A program made the translations under genes and the position numbers. The notes under the pieces are model-generated. The model saw nothing but the letters and a program-made list of their open reading frames with translations. It was not told where the DNA came from and did no database searches. From positions 1-61,188 of the forward strand of contig JACQQI010000026.1 of the NCBI GenBank assembly GCA_016207115.1: a stretch of DNA of 61,188 bases, given 5' to 3'. The DNA comes from Candidatus Nealsonbacteria bacterium. Its GTDB lineage: Bacteria; Patescibacteriota; Minisyncoccia; Minisyncoccales; GWA2-46-15. The number at the start of each line of letters is the position of its first letter. Within the stretch, counting starts at the first letter, position 1. Of the stretch, positions 15,645-23,862 are shown piece by piece.

Positions 15645-17072
15645 CTAATTCAATCGCGGGAAGAGATTTTCCTTTTTGTTCGTCAAAAGCTGCTGCTGTA
15701 TTTTCGCCGATGTCTCCGGCAAAAAGGGTACCAGGGAGTCAGCGACGGCGCCAATAACCAGCAGCAAGTCGCCGATAACCTGTTTCGACTGCTCTTTTTC
15801 CTCCCAGGGCTTGGTTTTATCGATGTAGCGGTCGCAAAAAGCGATCAACTGCCAGATGGCCAAAAGTGCTTCGTTGAATTTAAATTCCTGCATGGCTTTT
15901 CCGACTTTTTGCTTCATTTCCTCAACCGCCATCGCCAATTCTGGATTCGCTAACTTTGAACTTTGAATTTTGAACTTTGAACTTAACGTTATCACCCGCG
16001 CCACCAGATTGCCCAAGCCGCCGGCTAAATCGGTGTTATAGACCTCTTTCAGCTTACTCTCGGAGAAATCTCCATCTTCAAAGGGAGAAACTTTAGCTAA
16101 AAGATAATACCTCACCGGATCTGTCCCGTATTTTTCTACAAGCTCAATCGGGTTAATAACGTTCCCCAGGCTCTTGCTAATTTTTTGTCCGTCAATGGTT
16201 ATAAATCCATGGATAAATATTTGCTTTGAATTGGCGAGTCCTGCCGACATTAACATCGCTTGCCAGGTGGCCGTTTGTTGCCGAAGGTTATCCTTTCCGG
16301 CAAATTGCACAACCGGCCACCATGTTTTAAACTTCTTCATGTCGTCGGGCCAGCCAACCGCCGAAACATAATTCACCAGAGCGTCAAACCAAACGAACAT
16401 TACTTGCTCCGGATCATTAGGAACGTCTATCCCCCAAGGCATCTTATTCTTTAGCCTAGAAACACTAAAATCTTGTAAACCGTTTTTAACAAAGGTTTTA
16501 ATTTCGTTGAATTTCGACTCCGGTATCACAAAATCTGGAGTTTTATCGTAAAAATCCAAAAGCGGTTTTTGATATTTTGAAAATCTGAAAAAGTAGTTTT
16601 CTTCTTCAATGATTTCTAATTCTCGATTGGGATGGATGAGACAACGGCCATCTGTTAACTCGGAATCTGTTTTTTCTAATTCACATCCAACACAATATTT
16701 AGTTTTGTAGTTTTTCTTATAAATATCCCCTTTTCTGTCGCATTCTCTCCAAAATTCTTGAGCCGCTTTTATGTGGTGCTCGTCTGTTGTACGCACAAAG
16801 TTATTATAACTTAAATTAAGGGCTTTTTTTAAAGCCTCGAATTTAACGGCGTATTCGTCGCAATAACTCTGTGGCTCTTTGCCCGCTTCTACGGCTTTAC
16901 GATAGATTTTGAGGCCATGTTCGTCGACGCCAAAGTTGAAAAAGACATTCTTCCCTTGCAATCTCTGGTAACGAGCCAAGGCGTCAGCTTGCACAATTTC
17001 CAAGGCAAAACCGATGTGTGGCTCGGAATTCACATATGGTAGGGTCGTGGTGATATAAAATTTATTTGTCAT
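15645..17072 (-). CDS. metG: Methionyl-tRNA synthetase
   Basis: PYVNSEPHIGF (HIGH-type) and KISKSLGN (KMSKS-type). Start set at MTNKFYITT (ATG 17072), after the rsmI stop. Confidence 0.9.
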   Translation of the reverse strand: MTNKFYITTTLPYVNSEPHIGFALEIVQADALARYQRLQGKNVFFNFGVDEHGLKIYRKAVEAGKEPQSYCDEYAVKFEALKKALNLSYNNFVRTTDEHHIKAAQEFWRECDRKGDIYKKNYKTKYCVGCELEKTDSELTDGRCLIHPNRELEIIEEENYFFRFSKYQKPLLDFYDKTPDFVIPESKFNEIKTFVKNGLQDFSVSRLKNKMPWGIDVPNDPEQVMFVWFDALVNYVSAVGWPDDMKKFKTWWPVVQFAGKDNLRQQTATWQAMLMSAGLANSKQIFIHGFITIDGQKISKSLGNVINPIELVEKYGTDPVRYYLLAKVSPFEDGDFSESKLKEVYNTDLAGGLGNLVARVITLSSKFKIQSSKLANPELAMAVEEMKQKVGKAMQEFKFNEALLAIWQLIAFCDRYIDKTKPWEEKEQSKQVIGDLLLVIGAVADSLVPFLPETSAKIQQQLLTNKKENLFPRLN

Positions 17073-17085
17073 TGTTTTTAATCTA

Positions 17086-17766
17086 TCACCGAGTGGAAAC
17101 GATGACAACAAACTCCCCTCTCAAATCGGCTCCCTTTAATTGCTCTAAAACCTTATCGAGCCGGCCGCGGTAAGTCTTTTCGAACTTTTTGGTCAGCTCG
17201 TGGCAAACAACAACTCTCGCTTCTGGCCGCATCGCGGCCATCTCCGATAAAGTTTTTAAGATCCGGTGGGTCGATTCGTAAAGAATCACTGGATATTTTG
17301 AATTTAGAGCTTCTTCAAAAAATTTCTTTCTTTTTTTCTTAATCGGCGGGAACCCCAAGAACAGAAACTTGTCCATGGGAAAACCCGCGATTGAGGCCGC
17401 GGCGGCCAGAGCCGAACAGCCGGGAATGGGGACAATATTTAATCGGTCGCCCAAAGCCTCAATCGCCTTTTCTATCAGCTCGTTGCCCGGGTCGGCAATG
17501 CCGGGCGTGCCGGCGTCAGAAACTAGGGCGAGGTTTTTCCCCTCTTTTAAGAGCCCGACGATGTCGTCAACCTTTTGCAGCTGACTGTGCTGATGGTAGC
17601 TGATCAAGGGTTTCTGGATCTGGTAGCGCTCGAGCAGTCTTTTTGTCACCCGGGTATCCTCGGCCAAAATAAAATCAACCCCAGCCAGGGTTTGCCGCGC
17701 GCGCGAAGAGATGTCTTCGAGATTCCCGATCGGAGTCCCGACGATATAAAGAGTAGGCATGACCAT
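17086..17766 (-). CDS. rsmI: 16S rRNA (cytidine1402-2'-O)-methyltransferase
   Basis: 226 aa. LYIVGTPIGNLEDIS, SDAGTPGIADPG and YESTHR motifs of the tetrapyrrole-methylase-fold RsmI. Confidence 0.85.
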   Translation of the reverse strand: MVMPTLYIVGTPIGNLEDISSRARQTLAGVDFILAEDTRVTKRLLERYQIQKPLISYHQHSQLQKVDDIVGLLKEGKNLALVSDAGTPGIADPGNELIEKAIEALGDRLNIVPIPGCSALAAAASIAGFPMDKFLFLGFPPIKKKRKKFFEEALNSKYPVILYESTHRILKTLSEMAAMRPEARVVVCHELTKKFEKTYRGRLDKVLEQLKGADLRGEFVVIVSTR

Positions 17767-17769
17767 TTC

Positions 17770-18795
17770 TCACGACTCTTCGACAACTTCTTCCTTTTGC
17801 TTCTTGAGAAAATCGCGGGCAAACTCTAGAGAGATCCCGAGGAGCGGAATTCCCAAAATGGCTCCCCAGATTCCTCCGATGCTGCCGCCGATGGCGACGG
17901 AGATCAAAACCAGCGCCGGCGAGATGCCGATGAACTTTTTGCTCAAGATGGGCAGTAAAACATTGTTTTCGATCTGCTGAATCAGGATGAAGATGACGAT
18001 GGCCAGGACCGCCTTGACCGGACTGGTCAAAGAAAGGAGAAGAAAGATGAGCAGGCCGGTAAAGAAGGGGCCGACGATGGGAATAAAATTAGAAACGGCG
18101 GCCAGAAGGCCGAAGGAGAAGGGATAATCGCTCTGCAAGATCAAAAGAGAGAAATAGACTAGGCCGCCGACAAAAAGAGAGCTGAGGACGCGGCTGAGAA
18201 ACCAACCGCTCACTTTTTTCTGGCATCTCCGCCAGAGATCCAGAGCCATCTCCTCTGAGCCGGCCGGAAACAAAAGGAAAACCGATTTCTCGAAAGCTCG
18301 TTCCTCCAGGGAAAGGAAAAGGGCGAGGAAAATGACGAAAACCGTCGTCAGGATGCCGCCGAAAATGGAGAAGAGGGCGCTGAAAATGTTCTGAGCCGCC
18401 CGGGAAAGAGAACTTTCGGCCAAGTCGACGAAGCTCTCCAGGCTCTGAAAACCCTCGAGTCCCAGACCTCGGAGGGGCGGGGAAAGCTTTTCGAAATACT
18501 GAGAGAAAAACTGGGAAAAATGACTGGCCTCGATGATTAGGAGGGGAACAAAAAGATAAATCAGGATGGCAAAAAGTCCGAAAACGGAAAAGTAAACCGA
18601 GATTACCGCCAAGGTCCGCGGCACCTTCCTTTTCTGTAAATAATCGATGAGCGGGTTGAAGAGCAGAGAAATGATCAGGGCAAAAACGATCAGGAGCAGG
18701 ATCTCGCGCACCCGATAAATGGCGTAGAGAGACGCGACTAAAACCCCCATTCTCAGAATGGTTTCCCAGGAAAACTCAAAAGTGACTTTTTCCAT
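17770..18795 (-). CDS. AI-2E family transporter (PerM/UPF0118)
   Basis: 341 aa, about 8 TM segments, with the conserved region NFIPIVGPF...LIQQIENNVLLPIL. Confidence 0.75.
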   Translation of the reverse strand: MEKVTFEFSWETILRMGVLVASLYAIYRVREILLLIVFALIISLLFNPLIDYLQKRKVPRTLAVISVYFSVFGLFAILIYLFVPLLIIEASHFSQFFSQYFEKLSPPLRGLGLEGFQSLESFVDLAESSLSRAAQNIFSALFSIFGGILTTVFVIFLALFLSLEERAFEKSVFLLFPAGSEEMALDLWRRCQKKVSGWFLSRVLSSLFVGGLVYFSLLILQSDYPFSFGLLAAVSNFIPIVGPFFTGLLIFLLLSLTSPVKAVLAIVIFILIQQIENNVLLPILSKKFIGISPALVLISVAIGGSIGGIWGAILGIPLLGISLEFARDFLKKQKEEVVEES

Positions 18796-18826
18796 TTACC
18801 TTTTTTGGAAGGCTAAGCTTCGCTTA
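18793..18826 (-). repeat. Family-2 intergenic element, copy a
   Basis: Minus strand reads TAAGCGAAGCTTAGCCTTCCAAAAAAGGTAAATG. The first TAA is the M16 peptidase stop and the last ATG is the AI-2E transporter start. Confidence 0.7.
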
Positions 18827-20089
18827 CACCCGTAAAGCTTTAAGGAATTTTCTTCCGTCCTTCTGGGGTCCGACCAGGGCCAGGTTGATCTTTTCGGGCC
18901 GGAATATTTCTCTCGCTACCCTTAGAATATCATCCTGGCCGACTTTGGCAATCTCGGCGAATTCCTGCTCGGGAGTCTGGATTTTCTCATTCAGGACCTC
19001 CTGTAAGCCAAAGTAGGAGGCGATTTCGTCCGAGGTCTCCAATCCCAGGCTCAAGCGGCCCCTCAGGTTCTCCTTGGCTTTTTCCAGTTCTTTCAATCCA
19101 ACCTTTTCTTTTTTCAAGCGCCGGTATTCCCGGCAGATAACCTCGATCGCCGAGCTGACTTTCTCGTTAGCGATACCCGCGCGAGTCAGCAAATAGCCCG
19201 TGTCGGTATAATGTTCTGAAAGAGTGCTGAGGTAGTAGGCCAATCCTCTTTTTTCTCTGACTTCTTCAAAAAGCCGAGAGCTCATCATGCCACCCAGAAG
19301 AGCGACCAGAACGCTCAAGATGTGCTTCTGCGGCGAGCGGGCGCCGAAGGTTCTGACCCCCAAACAAAGATGAGTCTGGTCGGTCTTTTTAAAGCGGCGG
19401 AGGCCGGCGGGCTGCTTTTGCTTTTCCGTTACCCCTTCTTTTTTTAGAACCGGCTTATCGCTCAACTCCCCAAAGGTTCGGGCAATCTCTTCCTGGACGC
19501 CTGACCCCGTCAGCCGCCCGGCCACGACCACCAGAGATCCTCGGCCCACGAAAGATTTCTTCCGGTGTTCAAAAAGGTCTTTTTTAGAAATGCCATTGAC
19601 GCTTTCTTTGCTGCCGATCACCGGCCATCCGGCGGGCTGAGAACCGTACAGAAGCTCCTCCCAGAGCTCTAGGACGGCCAGAGAAGGATTGTCTTCTCTC
19701 ATATTGATTTCTTCCACGATCACTTTTTTCTCCTTGCGGATCTCTTCCGGCAAAAAGAGTGGTCGGGAAACCATATCGGCGATAATCTTGAGGGCCAACG
19801 ACAAATCTTTACTTTCCACCTTGGCCCAAATTCCCAGCATTTCCTTGTCGGTAAAGGCGTTGTAGAGACCGCCCACCGAGTCCAGTTCCCGGGCGATGGC
19901 GGCGGGTTCCGGCCAGTTCCGGGTTCCGCGGAAGACAAGGTGCTCTAACAGGTGAGAAATGCCGTTGAGCTTTTTGGTCTCGTATTTGGAGCCGGTTCTG
20001 GCCAAAAACAAAACCGTCAAGGCGCGGGTGCCCGCCATCGGGAGAAGAAGCAGGCGCAACCCATTTTTAAGAGTGGATCTTTTGAACAT
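18824..20089 (-). CDS. M16-family (pitrilysin/insulinase-like) zinc peptidase
   Basis: 421 aa with the HLLEHLVFRGT inverted zinc motif HxxEH. Confidence 0.85.
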   Translation of the reverse strand: MFKRSTLKNGLRLLLLPMAGTRALTVLFLARTGSKYETKKLNGISHLLEHLVFRGTRNWPEPAAIARELDSVGGLYNAFTDKEMLGIWAKVESKDLSLALKIIADMVSRPLFLPEEIRKEKKVIVEEINMREDNPSLAVLELWEELLYGSQPAGWPVIGSKESVNGISKKDLFEHRKKSFVGRGSLVVVAGRLTGSGVQEEIARTFGELSDKPVLKKEGVTEKQKQPAGLRRFKKTDQTHLCLGVRTFGARSPQKHILSVLVALLGGMMSSRLFEEVREKRGLAYYLSTLSEHYTDTGYLLTRAGIANEKVSSAIEVICREYRRLKKEKVGLKELEKAKENLRGRLSLGLETSDEIASYFGLQEVLNEKIQTPEQEFAEIAKVGQDDILRVAREIFRPEKINLALVGPQKDGRKFLKALRV

Positions 20090-20092
20090 AGG

Positions 20093-21418
20093 TTACCCTA
20101 ACTTTTCTTTCAAGACTTTCTCGAGATCTGAGATCTTGATCCTTTCCTGCTTGGTCGTGTCGCGGTCGCGAATCGTTATTGTTTCATCTTCCAAGGTTTG
20201 AAAATCGATCGTCAAGCAAAAGGGCGTGCCGATCTCGTCCTGACTATAATATCTCTTACCGATGTTGCCCCGGTCGTCCCAGGCCGTAGAGAAGTTGGAT
20301 TTCAGCAGATCAAAAACCTCCCGAGCCCTTTTAATCAGTTCTGGCTTGTTCGCCAAAAGCGGAAAAACCGCGGCCAGATACGGCGCCACCGACTTATCCA
20401 GGCGCAAAACGACCCTGTCTTTGTCTTCCGAATAGGCGTCAATTAAAACAGAAAGCATCAGTCTCTCGACGCCGACCGAAGGCTCGATGACGTAGGGGGT
20501 AAACTCTTCGTGGCTGACGGGATCGCGGTATTTCAGATCCTGACCGGAGTATTTGGCGTGTTGCTTGAGGTCGTAGTCGGTGCGATTGGCAATCCCCCAG
20601 ATTTCGCTCCAACCAAAGGGAAAATGATACTCGATGTCGGTCGTGGCCTTGGAGTAATGGGACAGTTTTTCCTTGGGGTGGTCGTAGAGACGCAGATTCT
20701 CTTTACGGACGCCCAGCGACGCGACAAAATCCAGGCAGGTCTTTCTCCACGTCGTGTGCCAGGTCTCGTCTTCTCCTGGTTTGACAAAAAACTCGATTTC
20801 CATCTGTTCGAATTCTCGGCTGCGGAAGAAATAATTGCCCGGGGTAATTTCGTTGCGGAAAGCCTTGCCTGCTTGGGCCAGACCAAAGGGCAGCCGGGGA
20901 GAAAAACTATTCAAAACGTTCTTAAAATTAACAAAAATACCCTGAGCGGTTTCGCCCCTCAGATAAGTTTGGGTCGAGCTGTCTTCGACCGGACCGATAA
21001 AAGTTTTGACGAGAATGTTAAAGCTCTTTTCTTCGGTCAGCTCGCCGTGACAATCCGGACAACGACCTTCTTTCAGATCGTCGCCACGGAAACGGTGATG
21101 ACATTTCTTGCATTCTCTCAAGGGGTCGGCGAAGCCTGGTCCGGTGTGGCCACTCGCCTCCCAGACTTTAGGATTCATGATGATAGCCGCGTCCAAGCCA
21201 TACATATCCTCCCTTTCCAAAACAAACTTTTTCCACCAAAGCCGTTTAATGTTACCGGCCAGAGCCACTCCCAGGGGCCCCTTATCCCAAAAACCGTTGA
21301 TTCCGCCGTAGATTTCCGATCCCGGAAAGATAAAGCCCCGCCTTTTGCAAAGGGAAACGACTTTTTCCATGGCGGGCGGGGTGCTCGGTATATTACTGGA
21401 CACGATTGAGTCTGACAT
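20093..21418 (-). CDS. glyQS: Glycyl-tRNA synthetase (dimeric class II type)
   Basis: MEKVVSLCKRRGFIFPGSEIYGG, FRNEITPG and GVERL motifs. An alternative start at ATG 21370 (MEKVV) is plausible. Confidence 0.9.
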   Translation of the reverse strand: MSDSIVSSNIPSTPPAMEKVVSLCKRRGFIFPGSEIYGGINGFWDKGPLGVALAGNIKRLWWKKFVLEREDMYGLDAAIIMNPKVWEASGHTGPGFADPLRECKKCHHRFRGDDLKEGRCPDCHGELTEEKSFNILVKTFIGPVEDSSTQTYLRGETAQGIFVNFKNVLNSFSPRLPFGLAQAGKAFRNEITPGNYFFRSREFEQMEIEFFVKPGEDETWHTTWRKTCLDFVASLGVRKENLRLYDHPKEKLSHYSKATTDIEYHFPFGWSEIWGIANRTDYDLKQHAKYSGQDLKYRDPVSHEEFTPYVIEPSVGVERLMLSVLIDAYSEDKDRVVLRLDKSVAPYLAAVFPLLANKPELIKRAREVFDLLKSNFSTAWDDRGNIGKRYYSQDEIGTPFCLTIDFQTLEDETITIRDRDTTKQERIKISDLEKVLKEKLG

Positions 21419-21420
21419 TG

Positions 21421-23070
21421 TTACTGGACAATTCCCTGTCCTCGAATAAAATTGGTATCGCTCAAAGAATTGCTGTTGAGGCCTTCGGCTTCGGCGGTCA
21501 AAGTTTCCTGGGTCCAGATATCGTCGCCAAAGGCTTTGGCGGGACCAATAATTTCGGCGGCCGAGCCAACCTGAGACGAACTCGGCTGTAGCTGTACCTG
21601 AAAAGAAAGGTTGGGGCCGGTCGAGCCGGCGTCAACTTCACCAACCTCCCAGACGATTTCCCGTGATTGAGAATCGAAGAGGAAATGTGATTCTCGAGGC
21701 AAAAGCTGACCGGTCAGGCTCACGGTCGGAGGCAGGACTGCCTTAACTTTAACATTTCTGAGGTTGTTGTAAAAATTCTTTAACTCCCAGGTCACGGTAA
21801 AAGTCGTTCCCTGGCCCGCCTGGGGCGGCCAGGGACCAGACTGGCCGAAAACTCCTTCGGAGAAATAGACCTTTGAAGCCAGGATCATTTTAGAATTAAC
21901 CTTAACCGAAAATTCTTCCCGAGCCGGAGACAAACTCAAGCTGTCTTTGAGAACCAGGTTCTGGGTCTGGGGTTCGCCCGGCCCTAACTCTTTCTTGAGG
22001 TTGATCCAAAATTCGACCCGGCCCTCTTCGCCTTCGCCCAAAAATCTCAGTTGGGGGTTTTTCTTCCAGTCCCAAACTAAAGATCGGTCGCCTTGATGAT
22101 AGTTGCTCGCTTCCGGCGCCCGCAGGCTGTTGAGGTCGAAGAAATTGCCGTCGAGGCCAACGACCAAAAAGAGGTTTTCGAAAACAGACCCGCCAATGTT
22201 CTTGAAAAAAACTTCGTAGTGGAGAGAATCGCCGGGACTAGCCGAGTAATCCGCCGAACCGTTGACGAGCTGCGAAAGATAGATGGTCGGCTTGATGATT
22301 TCGGCGGCCTTGGTCGCTTCCTTCAATAAAACAAATTTGCCTTCTTGCCAGAGGCCCAGGGTGGCCCGAAAAGTCTTCTGATCCCCGACGTCCCCTTTGA
22401 GACGCCCGGAAACATTGACGCGGCCGCCCTGCGCCTTATTCAAAATAGCCACCGACCATTCGTTCTTTTCTAGGGCCGCGGGCGTGCTCCCGACGAACTC
22501 GAATCCCGCCGGGTACTCTATTTTTACCCTCAGCTGGGAAAGAGGATAATCAATATTGGAAAAGTAGTTCAGCGAGAAGCTAAAATCTTTGTCGGCTTCG
22601 ACCCTCGTCGGTAAGTCCAGATCAAGGGTCAGGGGAGAGAATTTAATGGCCGCGGTCTGGCTCGTCGAGACTTCGTAGCGGGCTTTGAGATTCTTGGGCT
22701 GAAACTCGAGCCAAGCCTTGGCCACCTTCAGCTCGTTCTCCCGGCCCAAAATGCGGCCGGAGAAAGTCAACGTCTCTTCCTCGCCGGGGTAGATATCGTC
22801 CAGGCTCTTTTCCAGGCGCCGCTTTTCTCCCTCAATCAAAGATTCTTCCGGGTACTCGAAAGTCAGCTTGGCTTGAGTGAGGGTGATCTCGCCATTGTTC
22901 TTGTATTTCAGGGTGTAATCAACCCTTTGGCCAACTTCGACCGTCTCTGGTCCCAGGATATCCAGCTTCAAAGCCTCCTTAGAGAAAACGTTTCTCTGAA
23001 AATACCAAAAACCGAATCCCCCTAAGACGAGAACAAAAGCCAGAATTGAATAAACAAGTTTTTTACCCAT
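21421..23070 (-). CDS. Hypothetical membrane-anchored protein with repeated beta-sandwich (DUF11/CARDB-like) modules
   Basis: 549 aa. N-terminal TM segment (LVYSILAFVLVLGGFGFW) followed by repetitive Y.L.Y.N.G-type segments. No catalytic motif recognised. Confidence 0.4.
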   Translation of the reverse strand: MGKKLVYSILAFVLVLGGFGFWYFQRNVFSKEALKLDILGPETVEVGQRVDYTLKYKNNGEITLTQAKLTFEYPEESLIEGEKRRLEKSLDDIYPGEEETLTFSGRILGRENELKVAKAWLEFQPKNLKARYEVSTSQTAAIKFSPLTLDLDLPTRVEADKDFSFSLNYFSNIDYPLSQLRVKIEYPAGFEFVGSTPAALEKNEWSVAILNKAQGGRVNVSGRLKGDVGDQKTFRATLGLWQEGKFVLLKEATKAAEIIKPTIYLSQLVNGSADYSASPGDSLHYEVFFKNIGGSVFENLFLVVGLDGNFFDLNSLRAPEASNYHQGDRSLVWDWKKNPQLRFLGEGEEGRVEFWINLKKELGPGEPQTQNLVLKDSLSLSPAREEFSVKVNSKMILASKVYFSEGVFGQSGPWPPQAGQGTTFTVTWELKNFYNNLRNVKVKAVLPPTVSLTGQLLPRESHFLFDSQSREIVWEVGEVDAGSTGPNLSFQVQLQPSSSQVGSAAEIIGPAKAFGDDIWTQETLTAEAEGLNSNSLSDTNFIRGQGIVQ

Positions 23071-23120
23071 GATAATAAACAGGTTTTTTAATCATGATAA
23101 TAAACAAGTTTTTTACCCAT
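23046..23120 (-). repeat. 25-bp tandem repeat x3 covering the 5' end of the 549-aa gene
   Basis: Minus strand reads [ATGGGTAAAAAACTTGTTTATTATC][ATGATTAAAAAACCTGTTTATTATC][ATGGGTAAAAAACTTGTTTATTCAA]. The first two ATGs open 10-aa ORFs (MGKKLVYYHD, MIKKPVYYHG). The third ATG starts the gene. Confidence 0.85.
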
Positions 23121-23137
23121 AGCGCGAAGCGATATCG
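23118..23137 (-). repeat. Family-1 repeat, half copy J
   Basis: Minus strand reads CGATATCGCTTCGCGCTATG (compare CGATATATCGCTTCGCGCTATAG in copy D). Its terminal ATG is the first ATG of the 25-bp repeat array. Confidence 0.55.
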
Positions 23138-23143
23138 ATGTTG

Positions 23144-23860
23144 TTAGTGATGATAGAAATAATTCTGACTGATAACCTTGATTTCGCGGAGAACCAGCGG
23201 CTCCGCCTTTAGCCGTCGGACCATCGGCCATTCGTGAGTTAAGAAGAAGCGGATGATTTTAATCGCCGGGGCGCTGACAGAGCGGGGCCGGGGCGCGGAT
23301 CGCCCAGAGCAATTTCGACAAATCAGACCGCCGTCGCGAGATTGCCAAAAGGTTTCAGGCGCCGCGATCTTCCGCCGGCAGAAAACGCAACGATAGAGCT
23401 CGGGGCGATAGCCCAGCGCGGTCAAAAGACGCCAGAAGGAAAAGTAGTAAAAGAGCTGAGCCTTGTTTGGAAGAAAACTGGCGTCGTCGATCTCGGAAAA
23501 AAACCGACTGAGTCTTTGCCAGAGAGCCTCCTCGGCGATCGGGCTCTTCACCAGGTGGCAAAAGATTCGGACAAAGCGGTGGGCCAGACGAAGCTTCAAA
23601 AAACTTTCCCTCAGGCCGGCAAATTTTTCCACCCGAACGGCGTCGACGAGAGTCTTCCGGCCGCGGCCCTGAACAAACTCAATCTCGGACAGGTAAAAAA
23701 CCTGAGTCGAGCCGCGCAGCTTTGAATTAAGCTTGCGAATTCCTTTGGCCATCACCGCGATCTTTCCGAAATCGCGGCTGTAAACCCAGAAAACCTGATC
23801 CGACTCGCCCCGGTTTTCGTGGCGCAAGATGAAGGCCTTGGTTCGATATTTTAAAAACAC
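23144..23860 (-). CDS. recO: DNA repair protein RecO
   Basis: 238 aa. N-terminal OB-fold-like region (AFILRHENRGESD) and a C-terminal zinc motif CVFC..13 aa..CRNC. Confidence 0.75.
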   Translation of the reverse strand: MFLKYRTKAFILRHENRGESDQVFWVYSRDFGKIAVMAKGIRKLNSKLRGSTQVFYLSEIEFVQGRGRKTLVDAVRVEKFAGLRESFLKLRLAHRFVRIFCHLVKSPIAEEALWQRLSRFFSEIDDASFLPNKAQLFYYFSFWRLLTALGYRPELYRCVFCRRKIAAPETFWQSRDGGLICRNCSGRSAPRPRSVSAPAIKIIRFFLTHEWPMVRRLKAEPLVLREIKVISQNYFYHH

Positions 23861-23862
23861 GG

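Noticed and set aside
20510-21409. 299-aa plus-strand ORF.
   Set aside because: It is entirely antisense to glyQS, which has unambiguous class II synthetase motifs. Its translation has no recognisable features.
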